Positions 63,966 through 64,000 of a DNA stretch of 64,000 nucleotides are shown piece by piece. The first letter of the stretch is position 1; each line of letters opens with the position of its first letter. Position numbers and translations under genes: made by a program. Below the pieces are notes generated by a model. That model was not told where the DNA came from and ran no database searches. It worked only from the letters and a program-made list of their open reading frames with translations. This stretch comes from Octopus vulgaris (lineage: Eukaryota), in contig OX597814.1 of NCBI GenBank assembly GCA_951406725.2, positions 137,702,001 to 137,766,000 of the forward strand, written 5' to 3'.

Positions 63966-64000
63966 AAAGATATCTTGATTAAGTGGATATTCTTTATTCT

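Overview
AT-rich, repeat-dense animal genomic DNA. The SINE families and the (TATG)n/(CA)n/(CAT)n microsatellite load suggest an octopod cephalopod; this is an inference and was not database-checked. The main gene is a + strand, multi-exon, divergent FMNL/FRL-class formin. Twenty exons (39034-63630) splice in frame at GT-AG sites through the GBD/FH3, coiled-coil and N-terminal FH2 regions, and the gene continues beyond the window. A phase-compatible candidate first coding exon lies at 2513-2723, about 36 kb upstream. The formin has almost no FH1 polyproline tract and has a Ser-rich N-terminal extension with degron-like motifs. The putative first intron holds a full-length Buster/SPIN-OC1-type hAT transposon (perfect TIRs, 8-bp TSD, one nonsense codon), a decayed DD37-spaced Tc1/mariner element, RTE LINE fragments, a foldback element, TTAA MITEs and many SINEs. 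The less obvious signals are: about seven type I hammerhead-ribozyme-like motifs (Penelope/retrozyme style), including a U3-A8 compensatory variant and two near-identical sense copies flanking one exon; a triplicated E-box/TATA hairpin module; and a CpG-decay boundary near 15.8 kb.
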